DNA of 35,466 nucleotides from a virus (Duplodnaviria; Heunggongvirae; Uroviricota; Caudoviricetes): IMG/VR virus record IMGVR_UViG_2711768053_000015; one strand, 5' to 3'. Shown piece by piece: positions 16,939 to 26,825 of this stretch (position 1 is its first letter; each line of letters starts with the position of its first letter). The notes under the pieces were generated by a model. It saw only the letters and a program-made list of their open reading frames with translations, ran no database searches and was not told where the DNA came from. The position numbers and the translations under genes were made by a program.

Positions 16939-17220
16939 ATGACAGCAGAAGAAAAAAGCGTCCTGTCGCTTTTCATGATTGGGGTGCTGATTGTTGTCGG
17001 CAAGGTGCTTGCCGGTGGTGAACCCATCACCCCGCGTCTGTTTATCGGGCGCATGTTGCTCGGTGGTTTTGTCTCGATGGTTGCCGGTGTTGTTCTGGTG
17101 CAGTTTCCTGACCTGTCACTGCCTGCGGTGTGCGGCATCGGCTCCATGCTGGGTATCGCCGGTTATCAGGTGATTGAGATTGCCATTCAGCGCCGCTTTA
17201 AGGGCAGGGGGAAACAGTAA
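16939..17220 (+). CDS. Y: Holin Y (93 aa)
   Basis: ORF track; hydrophobic transmembrane segments; basic C-terminal tail; precedes the endolysin. Confidence 0.88.
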   Translation: MTAEEKSVLSLFMIGVLIVVGKVLAGGEPITPRLFIGRMLLGGFVSMVAGVVLVQFPDLSLPAVCGIGSMLGIAGYQVIEIAIQRRFKGRGKQ

Positions 17221-17717
17221 TGCCGGTAATTAACACGCATCAGAATATCGCTGCCTTTCTCGACATGCTGGCCGTGTCCGAAGGGACGGCGAATCACCCG
17301 CTGACGAAAAACCGGGGCTATGACGTGATAGTCACCGGACTGGACGGGAAGCCGGAAATCTTCACCGACTACAGTGACCACCCGTTCGCACATGGCCGAC
17401 CGGCGAAGGTGTTTAACCGTCGCGGTGAAAAATCCACGGCCTCTGGTCGCTATCAGCAGCTTTACCTGTTCTGGCCGCACTACCGCAAACAGCTTGCCCT
17501 GCCGGATTTCAGTCCGTTGTCACAGGACAGACTTGCCATTCAGTTGATCCGCGAACGCGGTGCACTGGATGACATCCGGGCGGGACGCATTGAGCGCGCC
17601 GTTTCACGCTGTCGCAATATCTGGGCGTCCCTGCCGGGTGCCGGTTACGGTCAGCGTGAGCATTCACTGGAAAAACTGGTCACCGTCTGGCGTACCGCTG
17701 GCGGCGCACCGGCTTAA
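17220..17717 (+). CDS. K: Endolysin K (lysozyme-like, 165 aa)
   Basis: ORF track; position after the holin; length matches P2 gpK. Confidence 0.9.
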   Translation: MPVINTHQNIAAFLDMLAVSEGTANHPLTKNRGYDVIVTGLDGKPEIFTDYSDHPFAHGRPAKVFNRRGEKSTASGRYQQLYLFWPHYRKQLALPDFSPLSQDRLAIQLIRERGALDDIRAGRIERAVSRCRNIWASLPGAGYGQREHSLEKLVTVWRTAGGAPA

Positions 17718-17731
17718 ACGGAGTAAACACC

Positions 17732-18157
17732 ATGAAAAAATTATCCCTTTCACTGATGCTGCACGTGTCGCTGGCGCTGATGCTGGCACTGTCTCTGATT
17801 TACCCGCAGAGCGTGGCCGTCAGTTTTGTCGCTGCCTGGGCGATTCTGGCGACGGTTATCTGTGTGGTTGCCGGTGGTATCGGCGTGTATGCCACTGAGT
17901 ATGTACTGGAACGCTACGGGCGGGAGCTGCCGCCGGAATCGCTGGCCGTGAAGATTGTCACGGCGCTGTTTTTGCAGCCGATGCCGTGGCGCAGGCGGTC
18001 AGTGGCTCTGGTAGTGATGGTGGCGACATTTATCTCGCTGGTCGCCGCCGGATGGATTTTTACCGCGCTGATTTATCTCGTGGCGTCACTGTTTTTCCGG
18101 CTGATACGCACGGCCTGCCGTCAGCGTTTTGAGGGGCGGGAACCATGTCAAAGCTGA
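17732..18157 (+). CDS. lysA: Lysis timing protein LysA (membrane protein, 141 aa)
   Basis: ORF track; multiple hydrophobic helices; position. Confidence 0.8.
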   Translation: MKKLSLSLMLHVSLALMLALSLIYPQSVAVSFVAAWAILATVICVVAGGIGVYATEYVLERYGRELPPESLAVKIVTALFLQPMPWRRRSVALVVMVATFISLVAAGWIFTALIYLVASLFFRLIRTACRQRFEGREPCQS

Positions 18158-18570
18158 TGATTGTGCTGGTCGTGTTGTTATCGCTGGCGGTGTCCGGTCT
18201 GTTTCTGGTGAAACACAAAAATGCCAGCCTGCGCGCCTCGCTGGACAGGGCGAATAACGTCGCCAGCGGGCAGCAGACGACCATCACCATGCTGAAAAAT
18301 CAGCTTCATGTTGCCCTCACCAGGGCAGACAAAAACGAGCTGGCGCAGGTGGCACTGCGTCAGGAGCTGGAAAACGCCGCGAAGCGTGAAGCACAGCGCG
18401 AGAAAACCATCACGAGGTTACTGAATGAAAACGAAGATTTTCGCCGCTGGTACGGCGCTGGCCTGCCTGATGCTGTGCGCCGGTTGCACCAGCGCCCGGC
18501 CTGCACCGACGCCAGTGATTGTCCACAACGCCTGCCCGAAAGTGGGCCTTTGCCCGATGCCGGGCAGTGA
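18145..18570 (+). CDS. lysB: LysB (Rz-like spanin, inner-membrane component, 141 aa)
   Basis: ORF track; N-terminal transmembrane helix then coiled-coil-like region. Confidence 0.8.
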   Translation: MSKLMIVLVVLLSLAVSGLFLVKHKNASLRASLDRANNVASGQQTTITMLKNQLHVALTRADKNELAQVALRQELENAAKREAQREKTITRLLNENEDFRRWYGAGLPDAVRRLHQRPACTDASDCPQRLPESGPLPDAGQ

Positions 18571-18715
18571 CCCGCAGACGAACGGCGATTTAAGTGCCGA
18601 TATCCGGCAGCTTGAGAACGCGCTGGCACGCTGTGCCAGCCAGGTAAAAATGATTAAACACTGTCAGGACGAAAACGATGCTCAAACCCGACAGCCTGCG
18701 CAGGGCGCTGACTGA
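18425..18715 (+). CDS. lysC: LysC (Rz1-like outer-membrane lipoprotein spanin, 96 aa) in an alternate frame overlapping lysB
   Basis: ORF track; lipobox LCAGC; proline-rich; overlaps the lysB 3' end and the R 5' end as in P2. Confidence 0.7.
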   Translation: MKTKIFAAGTALACLMLCAGCTSARPAPTPVIVHNACPKVGLCPMPGSDPQTNGDLSADIRQLENALARCASQVKMIKHCQDENDAQTRQPAQGAD

Positions 18716-19145
18716 TGCCGTCACGGTGCTGAAAACCAGTCCCGAGATGCTGCGGGTATTCGTGGATAACGGGAGTATTGCCTCCACGCTGGCGACGTCG
18801 CTGTCATTCGAAAAGCGTTACACGCTCAATGTCATTGTGACCGACTTTACCGGTGATTTTGACCTGCTCATCGTGCCGGTGCTGGCGTGGCTGCGGGTAA
18901 ATCAGCCCGACATCATGACCACCGACGTAGGTCAGAAAAAGGGCTTCACGTTTTATGCAGACATCAACAATGACAGCAGCTTTGATATCAGCATCAGCCT
19001 GATGCTGACCGAGCGAACGCTGGTCAGTGAGGTGGACGGCGCACTGCATGTGAAGAATATCCCGGAACCTCCGCCGCCGGAGCCGGTCACCCGCCCGGTG
19101 GAGCTTTATATCAATGGCGAACTGGTGAGCAAGTGGGATGAATGA
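18678..19145 (+). CDS. R: Tail completion protein R (155 aa)
   Basis: ORF track; length and order match P2. Confidence 0.85.
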   Translation: MLKPDSLRRALTDAVTVLKTSPEMLRVFVDNGSIASTLATSLSFEKRYTLNVIVTDFTGDFDLLIVPVLAWLRVNQPDIMTTDVGQKKGFTFYADINNDSSFDISISLMLTERTLVSEVDGALHVKNIPEPPPPEPVTRPVELYINGELVSKWDE

Positions 19146-19590
19146 GTTTAAGCGTTTTGAAGACCGGCTGACCGGACTTATTGAATCGCTGTCACCGTCA
19201 GGGCGTCGGCGACTGAGCGCCGAACTGGCGAAACGTCTGCGGCAGAGTCAGCAGCGCCGGGTGATGGCACAGAAAGCCCCGGACGGCACACCCTACGCGC
19301 CACGCCAGCAGCAGAGCGCCAGAAAAAAGACCGGTCGTGTTAAGCGAAAAATGTTTGCGAAACTTATCACCAGTCGTTTTTTGCATATCCGCGCCAGCCC
19401 TGAACAGGCATCAATGGAGTTTTACGGCGGGAAGTCACCGAAAATCGCCAGTGTGCATCAGTTTGGTCTGTCGGAAGAAAACCGGAAAGACGGTAAGAAA
19501 ATTGATTATCCGGCGCGTCCTCTGCTCGGCTTTACCGGTGAGGATGTGCAGATGATTGAAGAGATTATCCTGGCTCACCTCGACCGTTAG
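19138..19590 (+). CDS. S: Tail completion protein S (150 aa)
   Basis: ORF track; length and order match P2. Confidence 0.85.
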   Translation: MNEFKRFEDRLTGLIESLSPSGRRRLSAELAKRLRQSQQRRVMAQKAPDGTPYAPRQQQSARKKTGRVKRKMFAKLITSRFLHIRASPEQASMEFYGGKSPKIASVHQFGLSEENRKDGKKIDYPARPLLGFTGEDVQMIEEIILAHLDR

Positions 19591-19656
19591 TTGTGCCATT
19601 CCCGACACCTCATCGTTACATTGCCGCCGGTATGACCCGTCGGCATCCTTCCCGTT

Positions 19657-20292
19657 ATGAACACTCTCGCAAATATCCAGGAACTCGCGCGCGCACTGCG
19701 CAACATGATTCGCACCGGCCTTGTCGTCGAAACCAACCTTAAAGCCGGTCGCTGCCGTGTGCAGACCGGTGGCATGTGCACCGACTGGCTTCAGTGGCTG
19801 ACCTGTCGTGCCGGTCGTTCGCGCACATGGTGGGCACCTTCCGTGGGGGAGCAGGTGCTGATTCTGGCCGTGGGCGGTGAACTTGACACGGCGTTTGTTC
19901 TGCCGGGGATTTATTCCGGCGATAACCCCGCGCCGTCTGCGTCGGCGGATGCCCTGCATATCCGTTTCCCTGACGGGGCGGTGATTGAGTATGAACCCGA
20001 AACCAGTGCACTCACGGTAAGCGGAATTAAAACGGCCAGCGTGACGGCTTCTGATTCTGTTACTGCCACGGTGCCGGTGGTCATGGTGAAAGCATCAACC
20101 CGCGTCACCCTGGACACACCGGAGGTGGTCTGCACCAACAGGCTGATTACCGGCACGCTGGAAGTGCAGAAGGGCGGGACGATGCGCGGCAACATTGAAC
20201 ACACCGGCGGTGAACTCTCATCAAACGGTAAGGTACTGCATACCCATAAACACCCCGGCGACAGTGGCGGCACAACAGGGGGACCTCTATGA
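19657..20292 (+). CDS. V: Baseplate spike/assembly protein V (211 aa)
   Basis: ORF track; length and order match P2. Confidence 0.9.
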   Translation: MNTLANIQELARALRNMIRTGLVVETNLKAGRCRVQTGGMCTDWLQWLTCRAGRSRTWWAPSVGEQVLILAVGGELDTAFVLPGIYSGDNPAPSASADALHIRFPDGAVIEYEPETSALTVSGIKTASVTASDSVTATVPVVMVKASTRVTLDTPEVVCTNRLITGTLEVQKGGTMRGNIEHTGGELSSNGKVLHTHKHPGDSGGTTGGPL

Positions 20293-20636
20293 CAGCGCGT
20301 TATCTCGGAATGAATCGCAGTGATGGCCTGACTGTCACTGACCTTGAGCATATCAGCCAGAGTATCGGCGATATCCTGCGCACACCGGTCGGCTCACGGG
20401 TGATGCGTCGTGATTACGGCTCGTTGCTGGCGTCAATGATTGACCAGCCGCAGACCCCGGCGCTTGAGTTGCAGATTAAAGTCGCCTGTTACATGGCAGT
20501 GCTGAAATGGGAACCCCGCGTCACCCTGTCATCCGTCACCACGGCGCGCAGTTTTGACGGGCGAATGACGGTCACGTTAACCGGCCAGCACAACGACACC
20601 GGCCAGCCACTTTCGTTAACCATCCCTGTGAGTTGA
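20289..20636 (+). CDS. W: Baseplate protein W (gp25-like, 115 aa)
   Basis: ORF track; ATGA overlap with V. Confidence 0.9.
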   Translation: MTARYLGMNRSDGLTVTDLEHISQSIGDILRTPVGSRVMRRDYGSLLASMIDQPQTPALELQIKVACYMAVLKWEPRVTLSSVTTARSFDGRMTVTLTGQHNDTGQPLSLTIPVS

Positions 20637-20640
20637 AACC

Positions 20641-21549
20641 ATGCCGATTATCGACCTGAACCAGCTACCCGCACCGGATGTGGTCGAGGAGCTGGACTTT
20701 GAAACCATTCTTGCCGAACGCAAGGCGACACTGATTTCCCTTTACCCGGAAGACCAGCAGGAGGCGGTCGCCCGTACCCTGACACTGGAATCTGAGCCTC
20801 TCGTCAAACTGCTGGAGGAAAATGCTTATCGTGAGCTTATCTGGCGTCAGCGTGTGAATGAGGCTGCACGGGCGGTGATGCTGGCCTGTGCAGCCGGTAA
20901 TGACCTTGATGTGATTGGTGCCAATTACAACACCACACGCCTGATTATCACCCCGGCAGATGATTCAACCATCCCGCCGACACCGGCAGTAATGGAATCT
21001 GACACCGATTATCGGCTGCGTATTCAGCAGGCGTTTGAGGGCTTAAGCGTCGCCGGGTCGGTGGGAGCCTATCAGTATCATGGTCGCAGTGCCGACGGGC
21101 GTGTCGCCGATATTTCTGTCACCAGTCCGTCTCCGGCCTGCGTCACCATCTCTGTGCTGTCACGTGAAAATAACGGTGTCGCATCCGAAGACCTGCTGGC
21201 CGTGGTGCGTAACGCCCTGAATGGCGAGGACGTCAGACCGGTGGCCGACCGCGTGACCGTGCAGTCTGCCGCCATTGTTGAATACCAGATAAACGCCACG
21301 CTTTACCTTTACCCTGGTCCCGAAAGCGAACCCATCCGCGCGGCCGCCGTGAAAAAACTGGAAGCATACATCACGGCACAGCACCGGCTGGGGCGCGACA
21401 TCCGTCTGTCTGCCATTTATGCCGCCTTGCATGTTGAAGGTGTGCAGCGTGTCGAACTGGCTGCACCGCTGGCCGACATCGTGCTCAACAATACGCAGGC
21501 GTCTTTCTGTACCGAATACCGCGTCGTGACCGGAGGCTCGGATGAGTGA
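20641..21549 (+). CDS. J: Baseplate protein J (302 aa)
   Basis: ORF track; length and order match P2. Confidence 0.9.
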   Translation: MPIIDLNQLPAPDVVEELDFETILAERKATLISLYPEDQQEAVARTLTLESEPLVKLLEENAYRELIWRQRVNEAARAVMLACAAGNDLDVIGANYNTTRLIITPADDSTIPPTPAVMESDTDYRLRIQQAFEGLSVAGSVGAYQYHGRSADGRVADISVTSPSPACVTISVLSRENNGVASEDLLAVVRNALNGEDVRPVADRVTVQSAAIVEYQINATLYLYPGPESEPIRAAAVKKLEAYITAQHRLGRDIRLSAIYAALHVEGVQRVELAAPLADIVLNNTQASFCTEYRVVTGGSDE

Positions 21550-22072
21550 TTCGCGACTGCTGCCGACCGGCTCATCACCGCTTGAAGTTGCCGCCGCAAA
21601 AGCCTGTGCGGAAATTGAAAAAACACCGGTCAGTATTCGTGAGCTGTGGAACCCGGACACCTGCCCGGCAAATCTGCTGCCGTGGCTGGCGTGGGCGTTT
21701 TCGGTCGACAGGTGGGATGAAAAGTGGCCGGAAGCGACAAAACGCGCCGTTATCCGCGATGCCTATTTCATCCACTGTCATAAGGGCACGATAGGTGCAA
21801 TCCGGCGTGTGGTGGAGCCGCTCGGCTATCTCATCAACGTGACGGAGTGGTGGGAAAACAGTGACCCGCCCGGCACCTTCCGGCTTGATATTGGTGTACT
21901 GGAAAGCGGTATCACAGAGGCAATGTATCAGGAAATGGAACGGCTGATTGCCGATGCCAAACCTGCAAGCCGCCACCTTATTGGCCTGAACATTACCCGG
22001 GACATTCCCGGCTACCTGTTCGCCGGTGGTGTGGCTTACGACGGCGATGTAATTACGGTTTACCCCGGATAA
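21542..22072 (+). CDS. I: Baseplate/tail protein I (176 aa)
   Basis: ORF track; overlaps the J stop. Confidence 0.9.
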   Translation: MSDSRLLPTGSSPLEVAAAKACAEIEKTPVSIRELWNPDTCPANLLPWLAWAFSVDRWDEKWPEATKRAVIRDAYFIHCHKGTIGAIRRVVEPLGYLINVTEWWENSDPPGTFRLDIGVLESGITEAMYQEMERLIADAKPASRHLIGLNITRDIPGYLFAGGVAYDGDVITVYPG

Positions 22073-22082
22073 GTGAGGAATA

Positions 22083-24212
22083 ATGAGCACAAAATTCAGA
22101 ACCGTTATCACCACTGCCGGTGCAGCAAAGCTGGCAGCGGCAACCGCACCGGGAGGGCGGAAGGTCAACATTACCACGATGGCCGTCGGGGATGGCGGTG
22201 GTAAATTGCCTGTCCCGGATGCCGGACAGACCGGGCTTATCCACGAAGTCTGGCGACATGCGCTGAACAAAATCAGCCAGGACAAACGAAACAGTAATTA
22301 TATTATCGCAGAGCTGGTTATTCCGCCGGAGGTGGGCGGTTTCTGGATGCGTGAGCTTGGCCTGTACGATGATGCAGGAACGTTAATTGCCGTGGCGAAC
22401 ATGGCCGAAAGTTATAAGCCAGCTCTTGCCGAAGGCTCAGGGCGTTCGCAGACCTGCCGCATGGTCATCATCGTCAGCAGTGTGGCCTCAGTGGCGCTGA
22501 CCATTGACACCACAACGGTGATGGCGACGCAGGATTACGTTGATGACAAAATTGCAGAGCACGAACAGTCACGACGTCACCCGGACGCTTCGCTGACCGC
22601 AAAAGGTTTTACTCAGTTAAGCAGCGCGACCAACAGCACGTCTGAAACACTGGCCGCAACGCCGAAAGCGGTAAAGGCCGCATATGACCTTGCTAACGGG
22701 AAATATACTGCACAGGATGCCACTACAGCGCGAAAAGGCCTTGTTCAGCTCAGTAGTGCGACTAACAGCACGTCTGAAACGCTCGCCGCAACACCAAAAG
22801 CGGTAAAAGCAGCGTATGACCTTGCTAACGGGAAATATACCGCACAGGACGCCACCACAGCGCGAAAAGGCCTTGTCCAGCTCAGTAGCGCCACCAACAG
22901 CGATTCTGAAACGCTTGCGGCAACACCAAAGGCGGTTAAGACAGCGTATGACCTTGCTAACGGGAAATACACTGCACAGGATGCCACTACAGCGCGAAAA
23001 GGTCTTGTTCAGCTCAGTAGCGCTGCCAACAGTGATTCTGAAACGCTTGCGGCAACGCCAAAGGCGGTAAAGGTCGCGTATGACCTTGCTAACGGGAAAT
23101 ACACTGCACAGGATGCCACCACAGCGCGAAAAGGGCTTGTTCAGCTCAGTAGCGCCACCAACAGTGATTCGGAAACGCTGGCCGCAACACCAAAAGCGGT
23201 GAAGTCTGCCTATGACAATGCTGAAAAACGTCTTCAGAAAGATCAAAATGGCGCGGATATTCCTGATAAAAGATTATTCCTGCGCAATATTGGAGCAACA
23301 AATTCAACAACCATGTCTTTTAGTGGTGGTACAGGATGGTTCAGGCTGGCAACTGTAACCATGCCACAGGCCAGTTCCGTGGTTTACATAAGTCTGATTG
23401 GTGGTGCCGGATATAATGTTAACTCCCCTATGCAGGCTGGTATATCTGAACTTGTTCTTCGTGCGGGGAATGGAAATCCAAAAGGTCTTACTGGTGCGTT
23501 ATGGCGACGGACATCGGTTGGATTTACTAATTTTGCATGGGTGAATACATCCGGTGATACCTATGATGTTTATGTTGAAATAGGTAATTACGCCACAGGT
23601 GTTAATATTCAGTGGGATTATACCAGTAACGCCAGCGTAACGATTCATACATCACCAACTTATACAGCGAATAAACCAACAGGCCTGACAGATGGAACTG
23701 TATATGTAATTTACAGTTCGCACATTAAACCGACTGCTGCTGATGTTGGGGCGTTGTCATTATCTGGAGGTCAATTGAATGGTGCACTGGGCATCGGAAC
23801 ATCCAGTGCTCTTGGCGGTAACTCGATTGTTTTGGGTGATAATGACACGGGCTTTAAACAAAATGGCGACGGTAATCTGGATGTTTATGCTAATAACGTC
23901 CATGTTATGCGCTTTGTCTCCGGTAGCATTCAAAGTAATAAAACCATAAATATTACGGGGCGTGTTAATCCCTCGGATTACGGTAACTTTGATTCCCGCT
24001 ATGTCCGGGATATCCGGCTTGGTGGTGCTGCCACATACAAACCAGCGAACAATGGCATGACATGGACACACCAGGCACCGTCCGGGTGTGTATATTCTGG
24101 CATTATTGTTCAGGATACCGGCTCAAACTCTGCCGATAACATTGGTGGCGTATATTACAGGCCGGTTCAGAAATACATTAACGGGACATGGTATAACGTG
24201 GCGCAGGTATAA
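22083..24212 (+). CDS. H: Tail fiber protein H (709 aa) with an internal tandem-repeat array
   Basis: ORF track; conserved N-terminus, repeat block, variable C-terminal receptor-binding region; followed by G. Confidence 0.9.
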   Translation: MSTKFRTVITTAGAAKLAAATAPGGRKVNITTMAVGDGGGKLPVPDAGQTGLIHEVWRHALNKISQDKRNSNYIIAELVIPPEVGGFWMRELGLYDDAGTLIAVANMAESYKPALAEGSGRSQTCRMVIIVSSVASVALTIDTTTVMATQDYVDDKIAEHEQSRRHPDASLTAKGFTQLSSATNSTSETLAATPKAVKAAYDLANGKYTAQDATTARKGLVQLSSATNSTSETLAATPKAVKAAYDLANGKYTAQDATTARKGLVQLSSATNSDSETLAATPKAVKTAYDLANGKYTAQDATTARKGLVQLSSAANSDSETLAATPKAVKVAYDLANGKYTAQDATTARKGLVQLSSATNSDSETLAATPKAVKSAYDNAEKRLQKDQNGADIPDKRLFLRNIGATNSTTMSFSGGTGWFRLATVTMPQASSVVYISLIGGAGYNVNSPMQAGISELVLRAGNGNPKGLTGALWRRTSVGFTNFAWVNTSGDTYDVYVEIGNYATGVNIQWDYTSNASVTIHTSPTYTANKPTGLTDGTVYVIYSSHIKPTAADVGALSLSGGQLNGALGIGTSSALGGNSIVLGDNDTGFKQNGDGNLDVYANNVHVMRFVSGSIQSNKTINITGRVNPSDYGNFDSRYVRDIRLGGAATYKPANNGMTWTHQAPSGCVYSGIIVQDTGSNSADNIGGVYYRPVQKYINGTWYNVAQV
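22605..23222 (+). repeat. About 4.7 in-frame tandem copies of a 132-bp (44-aa) unit inside H
   Basis: Unit starts at 22605, 22737, 22869, 23001 and 23133; protein repeat GLVQLSSATNS(T/D)SETLAATPKAVK(A/T/V)AYDLANGKYTAQDATTARK. Confidence 0.9.
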
Positions 24213-24215
24213 TTT

Positions 24216-24743
24216 ATGCAGCATTTGATAAATATAACGGTGGGTAATCCAAAAACGGTTGAACAATATCAATTGACAAAGGACTTTGATGTTGTCTGGT
24301 TTTTTTCAGAAGATGGTAAGAACTGGTACGAAGAACAAAAGTATTTTGCTGATGATACGATAAAAATAGCGTACGACAAAGATAATATTATCCGCTATGT
24401 GGAAAAGGATGTGACAGCTATCAGACCAGATGGATTAAGTGTGGTTGAAGTGCCGGATATTACTGCTAATCGACGGGCGGACATTTCAGGGAACTGGATG
24501 TTTAAGGACGGTACAGTGATTAAACGAATTTATACGGCAGAGGAATTGCAGCAGCAGGCAGAAAATCGGAAAGCCAGACTTCTTGCAGATGCTGAATCCG
24601 TGATTTTGCCGCTGGAGCGCGCTGTCAGGCTGAACATGACAACAGAGGAGGAGCGCACACGGCTGGAGGCTTGGGAACGCTACAGCGTTCTGGTCAGTCG
24701 TGTGGATCCTGCAAATCCTGAATGGCCGGAAATGCCGCAATAA
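24216..24743 (+). CDS. G: Tail fiber assembly chaperone G (175 aa)
   Basis: ORF track; immediately follows H; length matches P2 gpG. Confidence 0.88.
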   Translation: MQHLINITVGNPKTVEQYQLTKDFDVVWFFSEDGKNWYEEQKYFADDTIKIAYDKDNIIRYVEKDVTAIRPDGLSVVEVPDITANRRADISGNWMFKDGTVIKRIYTAEELQQQAENRKARLLADAESVILPLERAVRLNMTTEEERTRLEAWERYSVLVSRVDPANPEWPEMPQ

Positions 24744-25186
24744 GTTGCATGAGCTCTGGTGGGAGCTTACATATCTATGGCACAGAGTAAAGCCTAATCT
24801 GACAGTCCGCTCTGTGCCAGGAGCGGACGTTGGATTAACTTTTAATTTCTCAGGCCAAAAGCTAAAGCCTTTTTATTAGTGATAATAGGTGAATCTTTCT
24901 ACAATCTGCTTTTCAATTAACTGGAGGGCTATCAGCGTTTAAACTCCACAAAGGCTATCACCTCAAGCCCTAGGTTAGCACCGCATGTGGGGCTGATTGC
25001 TCGTTGATGTCATAGACGACCCGAATTTAAAGCGTAATGCGCTGTTAAACATAATCATGTATGGTTTGGTTAATCATCCCTAATGGTTCTGGTTTCTTGT
25101 AGCCCTATCAAAAAAATGGGGTTGTATATGTTTTCATCGATGCTACCATTACGAGGGATAATTTAATAAAAGGAGTTATTTTCCAG

Positions 25187-26101
25187 ATGGTTAGTACAAA
25201 ACAGCAAAGGGTAGATCTAAATAATAATTGGCCTACAAAGTCATTATTTCCAGCCGAAAAGTCTCTAATTGATAAAATGGCTAAATTTGGCATTGAGCAA
25301 GTTTTCCAACCGGCGAAATTACAATACTCAAAAGACCAAAATTTTCATGATATGCTTAGTCATTATTTAGAGGCTCTAGATCAACTACCCTTGAGACCAG
25401 ATATTGCTTTTGATTGTATTTGGAAGGCATTAGATGCGGAGTTTGTTCGACTTAAGAAAGAGAATGGAAGCAAAGAAGGTAGATTTAGTCTTTTCTATAA
25501 ACACATAAGCAAAAGCACATATACTTGTAACTCATATTCACAGTTAACAGAAGTAATACCATTACAAACATGTGAATTTGTGGCAAAGAGAATATTAGAA
25601 AATAACATTTCATATAAAGCTAGCCCGAGAAACAACGACTTCCAAAGTTTTAGGAAGAGAATAATCCAAAGTTTCGGTCAAAGTCTTTATAACGTCTTTA
25701 TTGATAAATACGAGACATTGTGGGCATCCAATAAAGCTAACACACAACGTGATGCGGGACTTTTGATCCAAAAGTTGCTAAAGGGGAAGAAATTATTAAT
25801 TGAAACAATCGAGTTTCAACTTTCGGATCAAGATAGGGCTCTTTTTTTGACGGCAGTAACCATGCCTCAGTTCAGAAATGAGCGATTTCATGGTCTAACG
25901 ACACCTCCTTTTAGATCAAGCGCTGCCACATTAAAGACCTATTCTCATGCTTATTTTGTATTCCATGTGGCATATATTCACCTTTTAGAGGTATTCCTTT
26001 ATAGGCAATTTAATACTATTGACATCAAGACTGCAACCCAATCAATTAATGACAACTTAAATTTGTTCTTAACAGTGTTTAAAAGTGAAATAAATAAATA
26101 A
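25187..26101 (+). CDS. Hypothetical 304-aa cargo protein at the Z/fun position; contains an RNERFHG (Rx4H) motif
   Basis: ORF track; AAAGGAG RBS at 25169..25175; AT-rich; no homology recognised by eye. Confidence 0.6.
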   Translation: MVSTKQQRVDLNNNWPTKSLFPAEKSLIDKMAKFGIEQVFQPAKLQYSKDQNFHDMLSHYLEALDQLPLRPDIAFDCIWKALDAEFVRLKKENGSKEGRFSLFYKHISKSTYTCNSYSQLTEVIPLQTCEFVAKRILENNISYKASPRNNDFQSFRKRIIQSFGQSLYNVFIDKYETLWASNKANTQRDAGLLIQKLLKGKKLLIETIEFQLSDQDRALFLTAVTMPQFRNERFHGLTTPPFRSSAATLKTYSHAYFVFHVAYIHLLEVFLYRQFNTIDIKTATQSINDNLNLFLTVFKSEINK

Positions 26102-26105
26102 ATAA

Positions 26106-26125
26106 AGCCCCTAATCGCGGGGGCT
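26106..26125. terminator. Hairpin AGCCCC-(8 nt)-GGGGCT between the convergent cargo-2 genes, candidate bidirectional terminator
   Basis: Stem 26106..26111 pairs with 26120..26125, directly after the stop of the 304-aa gene; T-rich on the minus strand, TTT on the plus strand. Confidence 0.5.
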
Positions 26126-26249
26126 TTCAGCATTATTAAAATTTATTCAAAATTGGATATCATCTGCGAAATTGATCGATAGCTCATTACTCAGCGCAAG
26201 GGATCCCTACTGCGCTTCGTCAGAATATACAGTTAACACCAGAAATTAG

Positions 26250-26825
26250 CTAGAGATTATTAATCAAGGTGTTCAAACATTTTGCCATGCCTAGTTTATT
26301 CATTATGTGATAATAGCATTTTTTTATTCTTACATAATCTTCAGGAGAAAATTTCATAATTACAGAAGGTAGATTAATAGACTCTACATACTCACGCTGC
26401 TTTTCATTCCATTGGCCATGAACGTAAGCATTTCTTATGTATTTACAGGCAAGGAAATCATCAAAGCACTCTCTTTCAGGAGAAAAACCTCTTATTTCAA
26501 ATGCTTTAAATAATCTATCAATCCTTTCTGTATTTGAACCTTCTTCAAAATAAGAGGCTATGTCAGCCATTGCGTAGTTTGACTTAGTCCATACTTTAAT
26601 CATCATCTCTATACTTCCCACCATCATAACTACCCAAAGCCGACAGAAAGAAGAGTATTTTATACTGTCTGGAACCAATCCTTCGGACGAATGCTCATTG
26701 ACTAATTTCTCTATCATTTCTAGATATATTTGGTCATCAGAATATGCATCTATAAATTCGTTAGTCAAAATAAACTCCTGTTCATAAAGTAGGCTAATTA
26801 CTACATCATCACGAATCTTCGTCAA
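26250..26825 (-). CDS. Hypothetical 191-aa cargo protein; contains an RNAYVHG (Rx4H, HEPN-like) motif; start codon uncertain
   Basis: ORF track; first in-frame start is a TTG at 26825 with only a weak RBS; next ATG is at codon 37; AT-rich. Confidence 0.5.
   Translation of the reverse strand: MTKIRDDVVISLLYEQEFILTNEFIDAYSDDQIYLEMIEKLVNEHSSEGLVPDSIKYSSFCRLWVVMMVGSIEMMIKVWTKSNYAMADIASYFEEGSNTERIDRLFKAFEIRGFSPERECFDDFLACKYIRNAYVHGQWNEKQREYVESINLPSVIMKFSPEDYVRIKKCYYHIMNKLGMAKCLNTLINNL

Noticed and set aside
22605-23222. Possible CRISPR array suggested by regularly spaced repeats
   Set aside because: The 132-bp units are directly adjacent with no spacers, are in-frame coding sequence of H, and have no leader or cas genes.
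22617-23246. 209-aa minus-strand ORF (and nested 80-84-aa ORFs) antisense to tail fiber gene H
   Set aside because: It lies entirely within the in-frame 132-bp tandem repeats of H; the open frame is a repeat-periodicity artefact with no RBS or independent context.
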